Shown here piece after piece: positions 43,784-55,404 of a stretch of DNA of 64,000 bases. This DNA comes from Cyanidioschyzon merolae (lineage: Eukaryota). Each line of letters begins with the position of its first letter. Position 1 is the first letter of the stretch. The notes under the pieces were generated by a model, which was given only the letters and a program-made list of their open reading frames with translations, did no database searches and had not been told where the DNA came from. Where the stretch lies: the NCBI GenBank assembly GCA_000091205.1, contig AP006493.2; one strand, written 5' to 3'. A program made the position numbers and the translations under genes.

Positions 43784-45604
43784 ATGATGCGCTCTCGTTT
43801 CTCGCGGCAACAAAAGGTGTACCTTCCGGTTATAGGGGGTATGCTGTGCCTCCTGGCGCTGGCCGGGACTAGCACCACGGCCGCCACCCTCTGTGACTAC
43901 TGTTCTCAAATCGGTCGTGCGTGTAACATCACTTTGGGTCAGTGCGTGCCGTGCACGCCAACGAGCGGTTGCACAGAGCGACAAGTCTGTAACACGAATA
44001 CGGGGATATGTGCGGTGAAGGACTTGTTCCATCCGTTCCTATGGTCAGACGGTGTGCTCATTGTCTTGGTGTTCCTGGCTACGGGTCTCTCGAACGCTGG
44101 TGGTATCGGCGGTGGCATCCTGTTGGTGCCATTGCTTTCCCTATTTGCCGGTTTTACGCTGAAAAACGCGAGTGCGAATGCACAGCCGCTCATTTTCGGG
44201 GCATCTATTGCGAACGCAATGGTGAATGTGCCGCGCCGGCACGCAGCTCGCGATACCCCTCGTATTGACTGGAACCTCGTTGCCTGCACCGTGCCGTTTT
44301 TTCTAATGGGAACCACCCCAGGCACGTTCATGAATCAAGCTTTTCCCAGCTACTTCACAGCGTTTGTACTTGCATTGTTGCTCTCAGTGCTGTCAGTGCA
44401 AAGTGCTCTCTTTGGTCTGCGGTTACTGCGCGAACGCCTTCAGGAGCGCCACAAGAACGCCGCCGATGAGCAGACGTGGAAGGCGGAAGCTGCAGGAAAC
44501 GCCGCCGATGATACATTGAGCTCGCGTGTGTCCTCGCCATCTGTTGCGGAAACCGCGATTCCCGTACAATCTAACGAAGTCGACGACTGCGGGCGCGACG
44601 CCACGGATGCCACGAAGCCGTCTGCAGACCGTGCATCGGCCGAGCGGCCAGATTCTTCGGATCCGCACTTGAATCATGAGTCTAGGGGTAACGGGTGCTG
44701 CTCTGCTGCTAACGCAAGCAACGCAGTCGACAGCAGTGATGTCCATGCGACAGGCAGCGAGACAGCTGCGTCCTCGCCGTCTAACAACGTGCATCCGCTC
44801 CGACCTGGCCGGTCGCGGTTCTTATGCTACCTGGATCCACTTCTGTGTGCGCAATCGCGGGAGGAATTGCTCGCAGCCGAGCGACCCTGGTTCCAGTGGC
44901 GATACATGCTCTTCCTGTTGGCATGTTGGTTGGTTCTTTTCATCATCCAAATATTATCCGGAAGTGCCGAGAAGCATTCGCCAGTGGGTGCGCCTCTTTG
45001 TGGAGCGGTCTACTGGATCCTTTTTGCTATTCAGGAATCGGTGCTTTTTGCTATGGGATGCTTCACCATCTGGCGTAATTTGTCTTTGAATAGATTGCGC
45101 GATCGACTGGGATATCCGTGGTACTCGAAAAACGGTCTCGGTGATATCCGGTGGACCAGGGCGCTGATCTTCGGATATCCCGTATGGGCCTTCATTGCCG
45201 GAGTTTTCGGTTCTTGGGTCGGCATTGGAGGAAGCTCGCTGCTGATTCCGTTTCTGAACCTTGTCGGACGAGCAGATCCGGCTACCGTCCAGTCGAGTAT
45301 GTCGCTCTCGAACCTCTTGGGCAGTGCCTCCGGCGCCTTTGTGTATCTGGCCCAGGGCCGCCTCAATATTTCCTATGGACTCTTCTTCGGCCTGTTCGCT
45401 CTTCTAGGCAGTTACACTGGAGTCTGGATGGTATATTTTCTCGTGGAACGCTATCAAATCCGGGCGCTTTTTGTTTTTGCGCTCACGATCTGTTTCGTAA
45501 CGGCACTTGGAGCGATTCTATACATTGCGATTCGGAATACGCTTGGCGTTGAGGCTGCCGGCGTCGGTTGGGTATTTACGAACATTTGCGCCTATGTCGG
45601 TTAA
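43784..45604 (+). CDS. TauE/SafE (sulfite-exporter-like) family membrane protein with two TauE domains
   Basis: Two TauE-type repeats, each with a G-I-G-G-G/S motif (NAGGIGGGILLVPLLSLFAG and WVGIGGSSLLIPFLNLVG), split by a long hydrophilic loop. Signal peptide and a Cys-rich N-terminus. Confidence 0.75.
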   Translation: MMRSRFSRQQKVYLPVIGGMLCLLALAGTSTTAATLCDYCSQIGRACNITLGQCVPCTPTSGCTERQVCNTNTGICAVKDLFHPFLWSDGVLIVLVFLATGLSNAGGIGGGILLVPLLSLFAGFTLKNASANAQPLIFGASIANAMVNVPRRHAARDTPRIDWNLVACTVPFFLMGTTPGTFMNQAFPSYFTAFVLALLLSVLSVQSALFGLRLLRERLQERHKNAADEQTWKAEAAGNAADDTLSSRVSSPSVAETAIPVQSNEVDDCGRDATDATKPSADRASAERPDSSDPHLNHESRGNGCCSAANASNAVDSSDVHATGSETAASSPSNNVHPLRPGRSRFLCYLDPLLCAQSREELLAAERPWFQWRYMLFLLACWLVLFIIQILSGSAEKHSPVGAPLCGAVYWILFAIQESVLFAMGCFTIWRNLSLNRLRDRLGYPWYSKNGLGDIRWTRALIFGYPVWAFIAGVFGSWVGIGGSSLLIPFLNLVGRADPATVQSSMSLSNLLGSASGAFVYLAQGRLNISYGLFFGLFALLGSYTGVWMVYFLVERYQIRALFVFALTICFVTALGAILYIAIRNTLGVEAAGVGWVFTNICAYVG

Positions 45605-47104
45605 AGACTGGTGCTCAGTTGTTCAAGGCAGCGAGCGCGTACGCCATATCCAGCAGGAAACGAATTGCATGCACAGCGCCTAGGCAAGGTGACGTCTGGT
45701 GCGTGTTTTGCTCCTGACGCCAAGCGCTGACGCGATCTCGAGCCGGCAACGAATCGCTTGCCCAGCGTCTACAGAGGCTGAGCTCTCGAGTTTGTTTTGC
45801 TCATTAGAGAGCCAACGCTTCAGTGATCTGCAGTAGGCAACGAACCAGGTACATAGCGTCCAAAGCCATTGCGTGAAAAACACATTGATGCATTTGCAAG
45901 AAACTGCCGTCGACAAGAGCACTGTCGTCGTGTCCAAGCTTAGCGCCCAGCGCTTTCCCGTAAACCTGCGTCAGGCGTTCAGTCTTTGCTATTATCACTG
46001 TGCAGGGTCAGAGCGGAAGAGAGTAGCCGGACAGCACCTGCTCTGCTGAGCTTATCTGAAGGTATACCTGCTGCCCGAATGCAATAGAACCGGTCCTCGA
46101 ATTCTGATGTATAAACAAAGTTTCGGGTCTCTTGCCAATGCCATCAACTTCGGTCGTTGTGAGCTTTGTTCTCAAACCGCTTGCTTTTCTTTTCCCTGGT
46201 CTTTAGCTTTCAATACTTCTGTTAATTCTTTTCTTCACAGCTCCGTTATCAACAGTTGAAGGATGCTGATGGCAGTGTCAGAGCCCTAATATCGCAGCTT
46301 TCAGCTGTTTTCATTGCACTTGCCGCACAGACTCTAGTTCCGATCGGAGCTCCGCTTGAGATGTTCTTTTTCTTTGTTTACATCGTGAGTGCACCCCTGT
46401 CAGCGGTGGCCTTTGACCATGGTGAGCTGTTCGCGTACCTGCACTACACTTTTTCTGAGCGTCGGCATGTGGCGCGTTAGGGCCTGCTTTATCGTGGAAT
46501 ACATCGCGTTCTCGGTTCCAGAACACTACGCGCCATATCCTACCCCAATTACTTACTGCATTCCGCGTCATATGATCACGGGCTCGCACTGAGCGATGCC
46601 ATCGGCGAGTACGCTGTATCACCGAGGCGCAAGCGCAATCGGCTCCATTTGCCGAAGGATTTGTGGATGACGATGTTGCCCACGGTGAATCAAGCACCGG
46701 TTGGTAAACCCAAGCTCGAGAACAAGTCGAGAAATTTCGATCCGTCTACCCTCTCATCGTAGAAAGCAGAGACGCACTCTCCACGGAAAGCGATCGCGGC
46801 GCTAGCTAAATCCCGAGTCCGGGACCTTTTTCCGTATGAACGGTTGGGACGGTAGCCTCTTCGAAAATAACCCCGTGAGAGGTATCATGCTGGTGTCGAA
46901 ATGTACACCGCCGATGGCAAAAACAAGAGGAGAATTTGGCTTTCGACTGGAATCGATTATTTGAGGTGAAATGTTTAGAGAACTTTCGGCATGCGCCTAT
47001 GAAGATGTCTTCAAGGGACGACGTCTGGTATTGTATCCCGTAAATCCAGCCGCGCACATTGATGCGCTTACGAACTGCCTTGACACCCAAATACCGAAAA
47101 CATG

Positions 47105-47400
47105 ACGAATGAGTGATTTCAGCATGCTGCACATAAGGAACGGAGGAGTGTGGAGGCTTGTACGCATATCATTGGGCAATGGTATCCGATAATTTTGCGA
47201 TCCCTTGTTTAGAGGTGTCGCGCAACATCTTGATTCCGTGGTCGTTACGAATCCAGTCGGCAAAAGGGCAAAGAGGCCTTTCCGAATAGACGAAAGCAAG
47301 TCCTAAAACCAAGTCGGCATCCTTTAGCTGTTAGTGCTCCACCTCGACTGTCGTGGCTGCACATCTGCAAAATTTCTGTTATTCGAAACGCAGGAACAGA
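47105..47400. repeat. Copy A of a ~300-bp dispersed repeat family (~80% identical to 54165-54460)
   Basis: Aligned by eye. Example: gatttcagcatgctgcacataaggaacgg...cccttgtttagaggtgtcgcgcaacatcttgattccgtgg versus gatttgagcatgctgcacctgagggaagg...cccttgttcgagggcgtcgcgaatcatcctgattccggtg. Confidence 0.7.
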
Positions 47401-48623
47401 TTGAGCGGGTCAGTGCTCCGATTGAAGTCCACAGAGGTTTAACGTGGAAAGGCTGCTTGAATCGAATATCCCGGGGCCTTTTTTCGCAAATCCTTTTTTC
47501 ATGTACGCAAGTATCTTGGACGCACCCGTGTTCCAGCAGACCAGCGTCGCAGATGCAGTGGTTGTACTATTCGATAGGAACCAAGCAAGCGCAGGTACCA
47601 TATTCCATAATTGTTTCCTCGGTTCGGGTATCAAGGCCCCTGAGGCCATTTGCAAGGGTTCTGATCTTTGCCAGACAAAACCTTCTATGCCCGCTTGCAG
47701 CGGATACCGTACCTCGGCAGCGCGACGCTCCGGACAGCGCGTCGACTGCATATGTCTTACAGAGACAAGGCCGTCTCGCCACAGTGCTGCGGGTGTCAGT
47801 TGTGGGCCACTAGCCGGCAACGGGGCACGTACGTGTTCGCCTTCCAATTTTCTCCGTTGACAAAACGTTTCCTTCGGCCAGCGTTCTCAGATTACGCGCA
47901 TTTTTTTTCTTGGTTCTTTATGTTTTTTTTTCAGTGCACGGTGCAGTATACATCAAACGCCCTACTTCTAAGTTACATTAGCTATACTTCTTCTCTGATA
48001 TTCTGGTCGTTTCATATGTCCTATCATGTGTGCCTTGTGCCTCCCGAAAGCGACAGCAATGGCGCCTATAGCGCCGGTGCGGTCGCTGCACTTAGACAGA
48101 ACGGCGTTGCCGCACCATACAGAGGGCGTCGGCTCGAGGGTTCGCCTTCCAATGCCCTGCGTGTGGCTCCAGGTTGGAATCCTGCACGCTATGGTAACGC
48201 TCTGCACAGGAGCTCCATAAATGTGCTATCTTGTACATATATAGGTAGTTTCAAGCCAGTGCATGATGCAGATGCCATGGACATACACCGCGCTGCGGTG
48301 TCGGCGCTTTGCGGACACCAGCGGTTCGCGCCAGATTGCAACAGTTGATTTCCCTTCGTTAAGTAAGGGAATTGCCTTATGCGCAGCGTAGATATTTTCG
48401 CCGCCGTTGGCGCACGACGGGCACACGAGACCCTATCCATCTCCCCGCAGAGATTGAGGATTATCGGAGAGGCCTCTCCAGACGTTTTGGATTCTGTTAA
48501 ACAACGAAGCGGCTTGAGCTGCTGGAGCGCTTACTCAACTGACTATTGGTTACTTTCTGGTTAAGTTTGGGTATTATTTAACTTATCTGTGGGAGCAAAC
48601 AAGAGACACGAGTTGCGCGTCGC

Positions 48624-49280
48624 GTGCCAGGCGCTATGAACCAGGGCGGTGCACTCGGAGGGCAGGCGGGCGTTTCACGTACGAACCCTCCCATGAACGG
48701 CGCGACAAGCGATCAAAGCCACCGGCAGGAAGAGAAACTTCTCCACAAATACGGGAACCTTCCGAACCGGCGAGACATTCTTCAACGAAGGCTGCGTGCG
48801 AACCACTTGCACGAACGAAAGTTTTACGACAGCGCGGATGCGACCCTGGCGAAAGCCGGGCGGGAGAGTGTTGACCAGGTTGGCGAGTTTCATCCGTATG
48901 TGCCGCCGGGGCTGACGCCTCTCACTCGTCGTGGACTGAACGGGACCTGCTCCGCCGACCAGAATAGTGGCGGAAGTTCAGCAGACGAGGGCAGCGATTC
49001 AGTGCACGGTCGCCCCAGGCCGGACGCAACAGCTTCGCTTGCTGGTACCGATGAGATCGGATCGAACGGTGACCGAACGCGACTACCCTCTTTTGGTGCT
49101 GAAATACAGCGAGAAGGCTCAATGGCCTCTTCTGGCTCATCCATCGGTTCCGCTGCAGGCTTCGTTCCGCTTCGGAGAAGTGCCGAAGTGCAGCGCAGTG
49201 AGTTGCCACCTGTTGCTGAGCCGGACTCGGTTGTCCTCGGTTTCCCAGAGCGTCAAAATGAGGAGAGTATCGGCGACTAG
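48624..49280 (+). CDS. Endosulfine/ARPP-19/Igo-family protein, a candidate PP2A-B55 inhibitor and Greatwall substrate
   Basis: KLLHKYGNLP...ILQRRLRANHLHERKFYDSADATLAKAG aligns to ENSA KLKAKYPSLG...[23 protein letters not shown]. The phospho-acceptor Ser is conserved, as YDSAD versus FDSGD. Confidence 0.55.
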   Translation: MPGAMNQGGALGGQAGVSRTNPPMNGATSDQSHRQEEKLLHKYGNLPNRRDILQRRLRANHLHERKFYDSADATLAKAGRESVDQVGEFHPYVPPGLTPLTRRGLNGTCSADQNSGGSSADEGSDSVHGRPRPDATASLAGTDEIGSNGDRTRLPSFGAEIQREGSMASSGSSIGSAAGFVPLRRSAEVQRSELPPVAEPDSVVLGFPERQNEESIGD

Positions 49281-49656
49281 GCAACGAGCATATTCTTGCA
49301 GCGATGTCTAATAGCTCCCGTGTAGGAACGTACTTGCGAACGAAACTATAAATCTAACTGGTCAACTCATGAGTCGTCAGGCTGAGCAATGCAGGCAGAT
49401 GCACTAGCACCAGACCCGCACACAACGGTGCTCTCAGAGGCAGGGCGCAACGCCCAACTCAGCGCGGGAGTGTGCGCCCTATGAAGATGGTCCACTGCAA
49501 ACTAGGCTTGTTCGACGCGCGACTTGCGTTCAGAAGACGCTGCTTAGGCCGCACTGGACTGCACCGCCAAGTCGAAAGTCATCGGTAGCTTCGAGCGCTG
49601 CGTACGCTCCCGCTTCAGCACCGCTGAGCAGAGCGGCTCGCAGCAAAAGCGGAATC

Positions 49657-50169
49657 ATGGGTGAAGCACCAGGCACTCCCAGTCGTTCCGAATACGCAAG
49701 TGCGCCCGGTGCCTCTTTTTCCGAGTCGGAAACGGAGCGAGTGCTGCGTGAGCTGCTTCTCGATGGAAGTTTTGATGATCTTAGGAGTCAAATTCTCGAA
49801 AAGCTACGCACGAGCGGCGAACTGGATACTTTAAGAGTGCAGGCGGAGGCGGTCGCTCAGGGCGCTGTCGAGCGGCACGAGGACGAACTGCAGCGAGCGT
49901 TCCTCACTGCACTTGGTCGCATCGAAGACGCGAGACGAAGTGAGCTGCTGGCACAGATTCGTGCCGAACTTTACCGAGGCGAACTCTCCCGTGTGTTTGA
50001 CCGAAAACTTCGCAGGGTACTCAACCGCGGTGAGTTTGCAGAAAAGGTCTGGCAGAGCCTTTCCCGAGCCTACGCTCGAGTGCACGCGGAGCACGTGCAT
50101 CACACCGAGGCGTCTGGCGATGTTAAGGTCGGTGCAGCAAGTGCAACACAGAAACCCTCTGCGCTGTAG
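49657..50169 (+). CDS. Small helical or coiled-coil protein. Weak ENY2/Sus1-like resemblance. Function unknown.
   Basis: 170-aa ORF. ERVLRELLLDGSFDDLRSQILEKLRTSGELD resembles the ENY2 helix-hairpin. Weak. Confidence 0.35.
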   Translation: MGEAPGTPSRSEYASAPGASFSESETERVLRELLLDGSFDDLRSQILEKLRTSGELDTLRVQAEAVAQGAVERHEDELQRAFLTALGRIEDARRSELLAQIRAELYRGELSRVFDRKLRRVLNRGEFAEKVWQSLSRAYARVHAEHVHHTEASGDVKVGAASATQKPSAL

Positions 50170-50842
50170 CCAGGTCGACGTGCGGCGACGAGCGTTGCGA
50201 ATCGTGCGAGTTTTGCGGTTTCCCAGCGAGCTCTTGGTCGTCACGCGGTCGATTGAGGTGTTTCCATGAACAGAATATATCTATGAAATAACGTTTTCGT
50301 CGAGTGTCTATCAAGGAATTGATACTCGTTTCAGGAGACGCATGGAGTTTCATGCGTGTCCCGGAATGAGACGCGTGGCGCCGTACGACGATGGAACCTG
50401 CGCCGCCCGAAAGTCTGTCCCGAGCCCAGCAACAGCTCGGAATGGCGTGGCATTCTCGGAAAACGAGACCAGGAAAGCGCTCATGGGCTTCGAACGTTCC
50501 CCGTGTTTGCTTTGAGATGGATGCAGTCACAGCCACGCCTCGCCCGCGCTACATGCAGTAGGAGAGAGCGCGTTCACGTCATTGAGGCATGGGCAGTCGA
50601 AACGACGCTGGCGTTGCAACGTCAGCGCACACGCTGTATGAACGTGGCCCTCCTGAGGGTACTACATATCTAGTGCTGCAGCTGTCAATACCGGTTCTGC
50701 GACCGCTGCCGCCAGTCGCTGCTCCCAAGCTACACGGGCGCCCCGGATTCTTTCTTCGTCTGCAGCAGCCCTGCAACAGAATCCGCGCTTGGCATTGGAA
50801 CCCATCCACAACGTGCATCGATCACTTATCAGAGTCGCCAAC

Positions 50843-52711
50843 TCAAGAGTCTCCCGCGCCACTGTTTATTACTGGTTCCAGCTGTGAAGCGACCGGTGAG
50901 CTCCCGGGTGTTAGACAGAGCGTCTGGGGTGCACTGCCTGTGAGATAAATCCTGTTCGCAAAGGAAGAAACTCGCGCAAGTTGCACACTGGGCAACGCCA
51001 ACATGCTCGCAAAGACGTAACCGGTGCAGAAAGCGTCATATCCTGCCGAATGGGCTGCCCTGTCCAACGTAGCACTCTGGGCATCGCCCGAAGCAGCGTC
51101 CGCATGCAACGGAGGCATCGACGCGAAGCGCGCTGCCTCTGCGTTATCATCGCCAGCGACAAACATACTGTTACCCAAGGATGATTGACACGCTGCTGTT
51201 GCTGCTGCTCGACAGCCAGAGACTGGATCATTCGACCGTTTGGGGTAAGTTTCAGGAGGTTTCTGTCCAGCAGACCTGTCCTCGAGGTGTTCCGATTCAT
51301 CCGGAGAGAAACTCGTGACAAACGCATCCACCGATGAAGGCTGCTCCGTTGGCCGTTCTGAAACCGGTATCCCCAAAGATTCACTCAAGTCCAGCGATAT
51401 ATGCTGCGACTTCAGGGTCTCGCAGATGGCTGCGGGACTCGTGTCCAGGGTACATGCACTCTCCATCTCTCGCACAGCGTGCCCGCCGTTGGGTTGGCAT
51501 GCCTCTACTGCAACTGCTTCATCGAAGCCGTCACCTGTTTCAGTTTTTGAAGCTTCATCTGCGTCAATGATTTGATCGATGTCGTGAGAGAAACGACAGT
51601 CTCCATCCAAGCGGCAATGTCCTGAACGCGCATACCGCTTGCAGACTCGAGGGATCGCAGCGGGAGAAGCTGCGGCTCGCGACCCATAAATTGTCGCTTT
51701 CTTGGAGACGTAACCGGGCGCTGCGAGCTCCGGAAATTCTATCCGGACACCTCGTTGGGTCCGAAACCATCGACGCTCATATTTGCGAAAGACGTACTCC
51801 AGATATGCGGGACAATCACGTAGACGTGCGGGCACGAACTCTCCCAGCACTCTCGTATCGAAAAAGTAGCCGGGACACCGCGTTGCTAGCTGCGTCCTGA
51901 ATTCTTCGACGCTCGGCGGTAGCGGCGCTTCGAACGCCGCAAACATAAGCAACAGATCATAGAGTCCGTTGTGGAAAATGACGGGTTTACCGCTGCCCAG
52001 GAGGACGCTCAGTACATGCAGCGGCTCGGCCGCGGGCTGCGCTGTCGAGTTGCATCCACGATGCCTCTGGGTCCGGCGACGAAGACGCTTGGGCTCTGGT
52101 GTGCGCTCGGCACCCAAGCCGCGTTCGCGGGCAACGCTGATATGACCGAAACCCGACTGAGACGCTGCATCCTCGGTTGTGCCTCCAGGAGCTGGCACTG
52201 CACGAGCTGCCTCATGGAGCGCGTCTTCAGCAGCAGCGACGCGCCGGTACGGAATCCCGTGTGCGAACACTCTGTTAAAGTCCATACCATGCCGTACCAA
52301 AAAAGCTGCAGTATCACCGGATATCGTAAAAGCATCCTGACAGTGAAAGTAAAACTCCAAGACGTGGGCCTGATAGGCACAGACTGCTGGCACTTGCACC
52401 TGAAGCGCTTCCCGGTCCGCGGTTACCTCACTGAGGCCGCAAATCGCTCTGTGCAGCTCCTCGCACTTGGCGGTGAAGCAAACGATCCCGACTGAGAAAA
52501 TTGCGCTCGTCCCCGCTAAGCGGCGAAGGGCTTCATAGCGTACACTGAGGTCCGCAGAGTGGACCGCGGGATCCTCGCCAGTTCCTGAAAACTCTACGTC
52601 AACAGCCAGGAACGTGCAGTGGCGAAGACATTGGCCAAGCGCTTCGAGACCATCTCGATGATTCCGCCTATCAAAGCGGTAACACCTGCAACCAAAAGAG
52701 TCAGACCGCAT
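50843..52711 (-). CDS. PARN/TOE1-like CAF1-family (DEDD) poly(A) ribonuclease with an internal CCCH zinc finger
   Basis: DEDDh motifs LAVDVEFSGTG, VIFHNGLYDLLLMF and HSAGYDAFCTGYVF. C3H1 finger CKRYARSGHCRLDGDCRFSHD. Acidic and serine-rich tail. Confidence 0.75.
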   Translation of the reverse strand: MRSDSFGCRCYRFDRRNHRDGLEALGQCLRHCTFLAVDVEFSGTGEDPAVHSADLSVRYEALRRLAGTSAIFSVGIVCFTAKCEELHRAICGLSEVTADREALQVQVPAVCAYQAHVLEFYFHCQDAFTISGDTAAFLVRHGMDFNRVFAHGIPYRRVAAAEDALHEAARAVPAPGGTTEDAASQSGFGHISVARERGLGAERTPEPKRLRRRTQRHRGCNSTAQPAAEPLHVLSVLLGSGKPVIFHNGLYDLLLMFAAFEAPLPPSVEEFRTQLATRCPGYFFDTRVLGEFVPARLRDCPAYLEYVFRKYERRWFRTQRGVRIEFPELAAPGYVSKKATIYGSRAAASPAAIPRVCKRYARSGHCRLDGDCRFSHDIDQIIDADEASKTETGDGFDEAVAVEACQPNGGHAVREMESACTLDTSPAAICETLKSQHISLDLSESLGIPVSERPTEQPSSVDAFVTSFSPDESEHLEDRSAGQKPPETYPKRSNDPVSGCRAAATAACQSSLGNSMFVAGDDNAEAARFASMPPLHADAASGDAQSATLDRAAHSAGYDAFCTGYVFASMLALPSVQLARVSSFANRIYLTGSAPQTLCLTPGSSPVASQLEPVINSGAGDS

Positions 52712-54164
52712 ACAGCGGAGGCGCTTGCCCTAGACAATATGCACAACAACGACCTTGACCGAATGCAACTGACGTGCAGCGAATGTGTTGTTGCAGCGCT
52801 GCCTGGTACTCCGCATCTCCACTGGATGCCGTTGCTGTGAGTTGGCGTCTTGGAAGAGCGGATATGAGCTGCTGCATCGAGAAATGTGAGTGTGTGTTTC
52901 AAATCGGTTCGTATTTCAGAGGAAAATCTCGTTCACGTTGCTTGAGGCTTCCATACGGTGATCTCTGTTGGCAGGCTTTAGTTTGCAGGTGCCGCGGAGA
53001 AGAAGTCGTTTGGGAAACGGGAGAATTTGTTCAAACCTCTTCAAAACAGTATTAGGCGCTGCTTTGGAACGAAGCAAGGCCTCATAAGGAAAACAAGAAT
53101 TTCGCTTGAACGCGTTTAGAGAGCACTCCACCGCCGTCTGAATAACATGGATAGCGTCCAATCTGCGAACTCGGGTGTCCCGTCCAGTAGTTTGGGCCAC
53201 TTGCCACTGTCATCAACACCTGCCTTCGCGGACCTTTTAGCGTCTGCTTCCTGTGCCTCTGTCTCATTTCCGGACTTTAATATGTCGGTTTCTCCTGTGC
53301 GTCGAGCGCTGTTTTCAGCAGTCGAAGAATGTTGAGGGCATCGCTAGAGTTTTGATTTCGTTGCTTCCCGTTATAGTCTACCCCTTCCAGGTACAGCGCA
53401 GAGTGCGATCCCGCTTCGTTTGCTGCTCTTGTCTTCTTTCTATACAGGCATGGTGCGCCCTTCGCAGCGGTGACGCTTAACTGTGGTCAGATGTTCGACG
53501 ACGTCCACCATTCTTCTTCCATGAGCCACACTGTCGCGAGTGGATGTTTTCGCCATCGCGCAGTGCATCTTTTTGACGAGTACAGTATCCTGCTCCTGGC
53601 AAACTTCTCCGTTTTGGTGCCCACTGCCTTGAACGCCAATCACGGGCTCCTGATGGATGATGTCCACCCGCAGCGAGAACGCTTTCTGCTGAATGCACCA
53701 GCGCACGCTGTTCCATTCGATAATGGGCTCCTAGAAAGCAATATATTGTCCACGATGACATAACGATCGGAAGGAAAACCCAGGCTGGAGAACAGTTCGT
53801 GACATTTTGAACCGTCGACGCTACACTCACGCAAAACGGTGACGCATTCTGAACTCGTAGCGATCTCTGTGATGACTCAGTTCCGTGTTCAAGACCTTTC
53901 TCCATGCAAACAGTAGAGATGTGAGCACTCAGGGCCGTATTCAGTCGAAAATATTCTGCCGCTGTGAAATCGTGGTTCTTCGCTGGACTCGAAAAAGGCA
54001 GGATTCGTCATTGGAACGGAACATATTATTGAACGAGAGCAGTGCAGCGGGCTTTCGGCATGTGCTTGTGGACGAGTCGTCAAAGGCCGACTCGGAGTCG
54101 TTTTCCCTGTCAACATGGTGGCGCGCGTTGCTGTGCTCGGTAGATTTCCTGAAACAGAAGGATC

Positions 54165-54460
54165 AAAAAGCTAGGAGATTGCTTGATTTGAGCATGCTGC
54201 ACCTGAGGGAAGGAGATATGTGGATGCATGTAGGATAGATCTGGGTAACGATATCGGTTATTTTACGAACCCTTGTTCGAGGGCGTCGCGAATCATCCTG
54301 ATTCCGGTGACGTAGCGAATTTTAGCGGTAAAGACATGAAAGCGTAACACCGAAAAGAAGAATGAGAATCCAAGAGCATTATGAATCCATAAACTCTTAT
54401 TGTTCCACTTCGAATGCTGAGTCTGTACATCTAAAAATAGCTCAGGGAAAAATCAAGGGG
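54165..54460. repeat. Copy B of the ~300-bp dispersed repeat family, in direct orientation with copy A
   Basis: See copy A. It overlaps the implausible ORF 53885-54238. Confidence 0.7.
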
Positions 54461-55404
54461 CAGAAAAAGAGCGTGCATTTCCATACTCTACGGTGTCGTG
54501 ACTAGAGAAGCAATTGCGTTATGCAGTAATTCTAATCTTTCGGAAGGGGAATTCTTCTAAAGCTCCCGTCGATACCTGCAACGGGAAAGCGTTTCGTGAA
54601 CGTGAACCTCATAGATCACCACGGTGCACCGCATGATGCTCTATTTCAACGAAAAGCTCTGTGATCAATGAGCTGAAACCATGAATACCCGTGAGAGTCT
54701 CGAAAAGCTGGCCACGGAAGCCTCTTCTCATATTCTGAAGAATCCTACGAGCAAGCGTCCCGCTCTACTCAAGCAGCCACGGCTCTCTCCGCCACGAACA
54801 TTCGAGGCGTTTTTTCATTGATCAAGGAGCAGCATCTGCACGAGTAACCGGTCAAACGGCAAGCTGGCGTGCACGGGTTCCGCTCTGCCGAAAAAACAAC
54901 AAGCTCCCCAGCAAGCGAACGCTGTGAGCACTCGCAGATCCATCGCATAGCATCTGCTGCGCTTCGGCATGATCCAACCCAAACTCACTTCTCCCTGGCA
55001 AGCTCATCGCTTCTGCAAGGTCGAACGCGTTGCAGCGACGCCGTCCGCAAGAAAACTGTGAGAAAACGAACGGACCACTACGTTTCTCTCGAGAGTTTCA
55101 GGCAGCAAACTGAACCGCACCCTACGTCGCAACAATATTTGCGATAGACGTTCCTGTATGTCATACATCATGCCAAAACTTGCTCTCATTCCGTTTCCTT
55201 GTCCTCGCCAAAGGCCGCCGCAGTCCCCTAGGCTGCTGCTCCCCAGACTCGTGGAGTTGCGTTGCGCTGAAACGTCTGAGGGCGCGGCGGGCGCCGTATG
55301 CAGCAGGCCCGGCATCGAACTCGAAAAAGTCTAGAGTTCAGTGCTTGGGATGCCTGTAGTCGTAGGTTGGTTCTCCAGAACGCCCCACTGTTCAGCAGAG
55401 TGCC

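Noticed and set aside
47668-48348. 226-aa ORF in the intergenic block
   Set aside because: Phe/Ser/Tyr-rich with odd composition and no motifs. It sits in AT-shifted non-coding DNA next to a dispersed repeat. Likely spurious.
53885-54238. 117-aa ORF overlapping repeat copy B, whose C-terminus resembles a translated stretch of copy A
   Set aside because: The similarity is at nucleotide level and extends beyond the stop codon. It is better explained as a non-coding dispersed repeat than as paralogous coding sequence.
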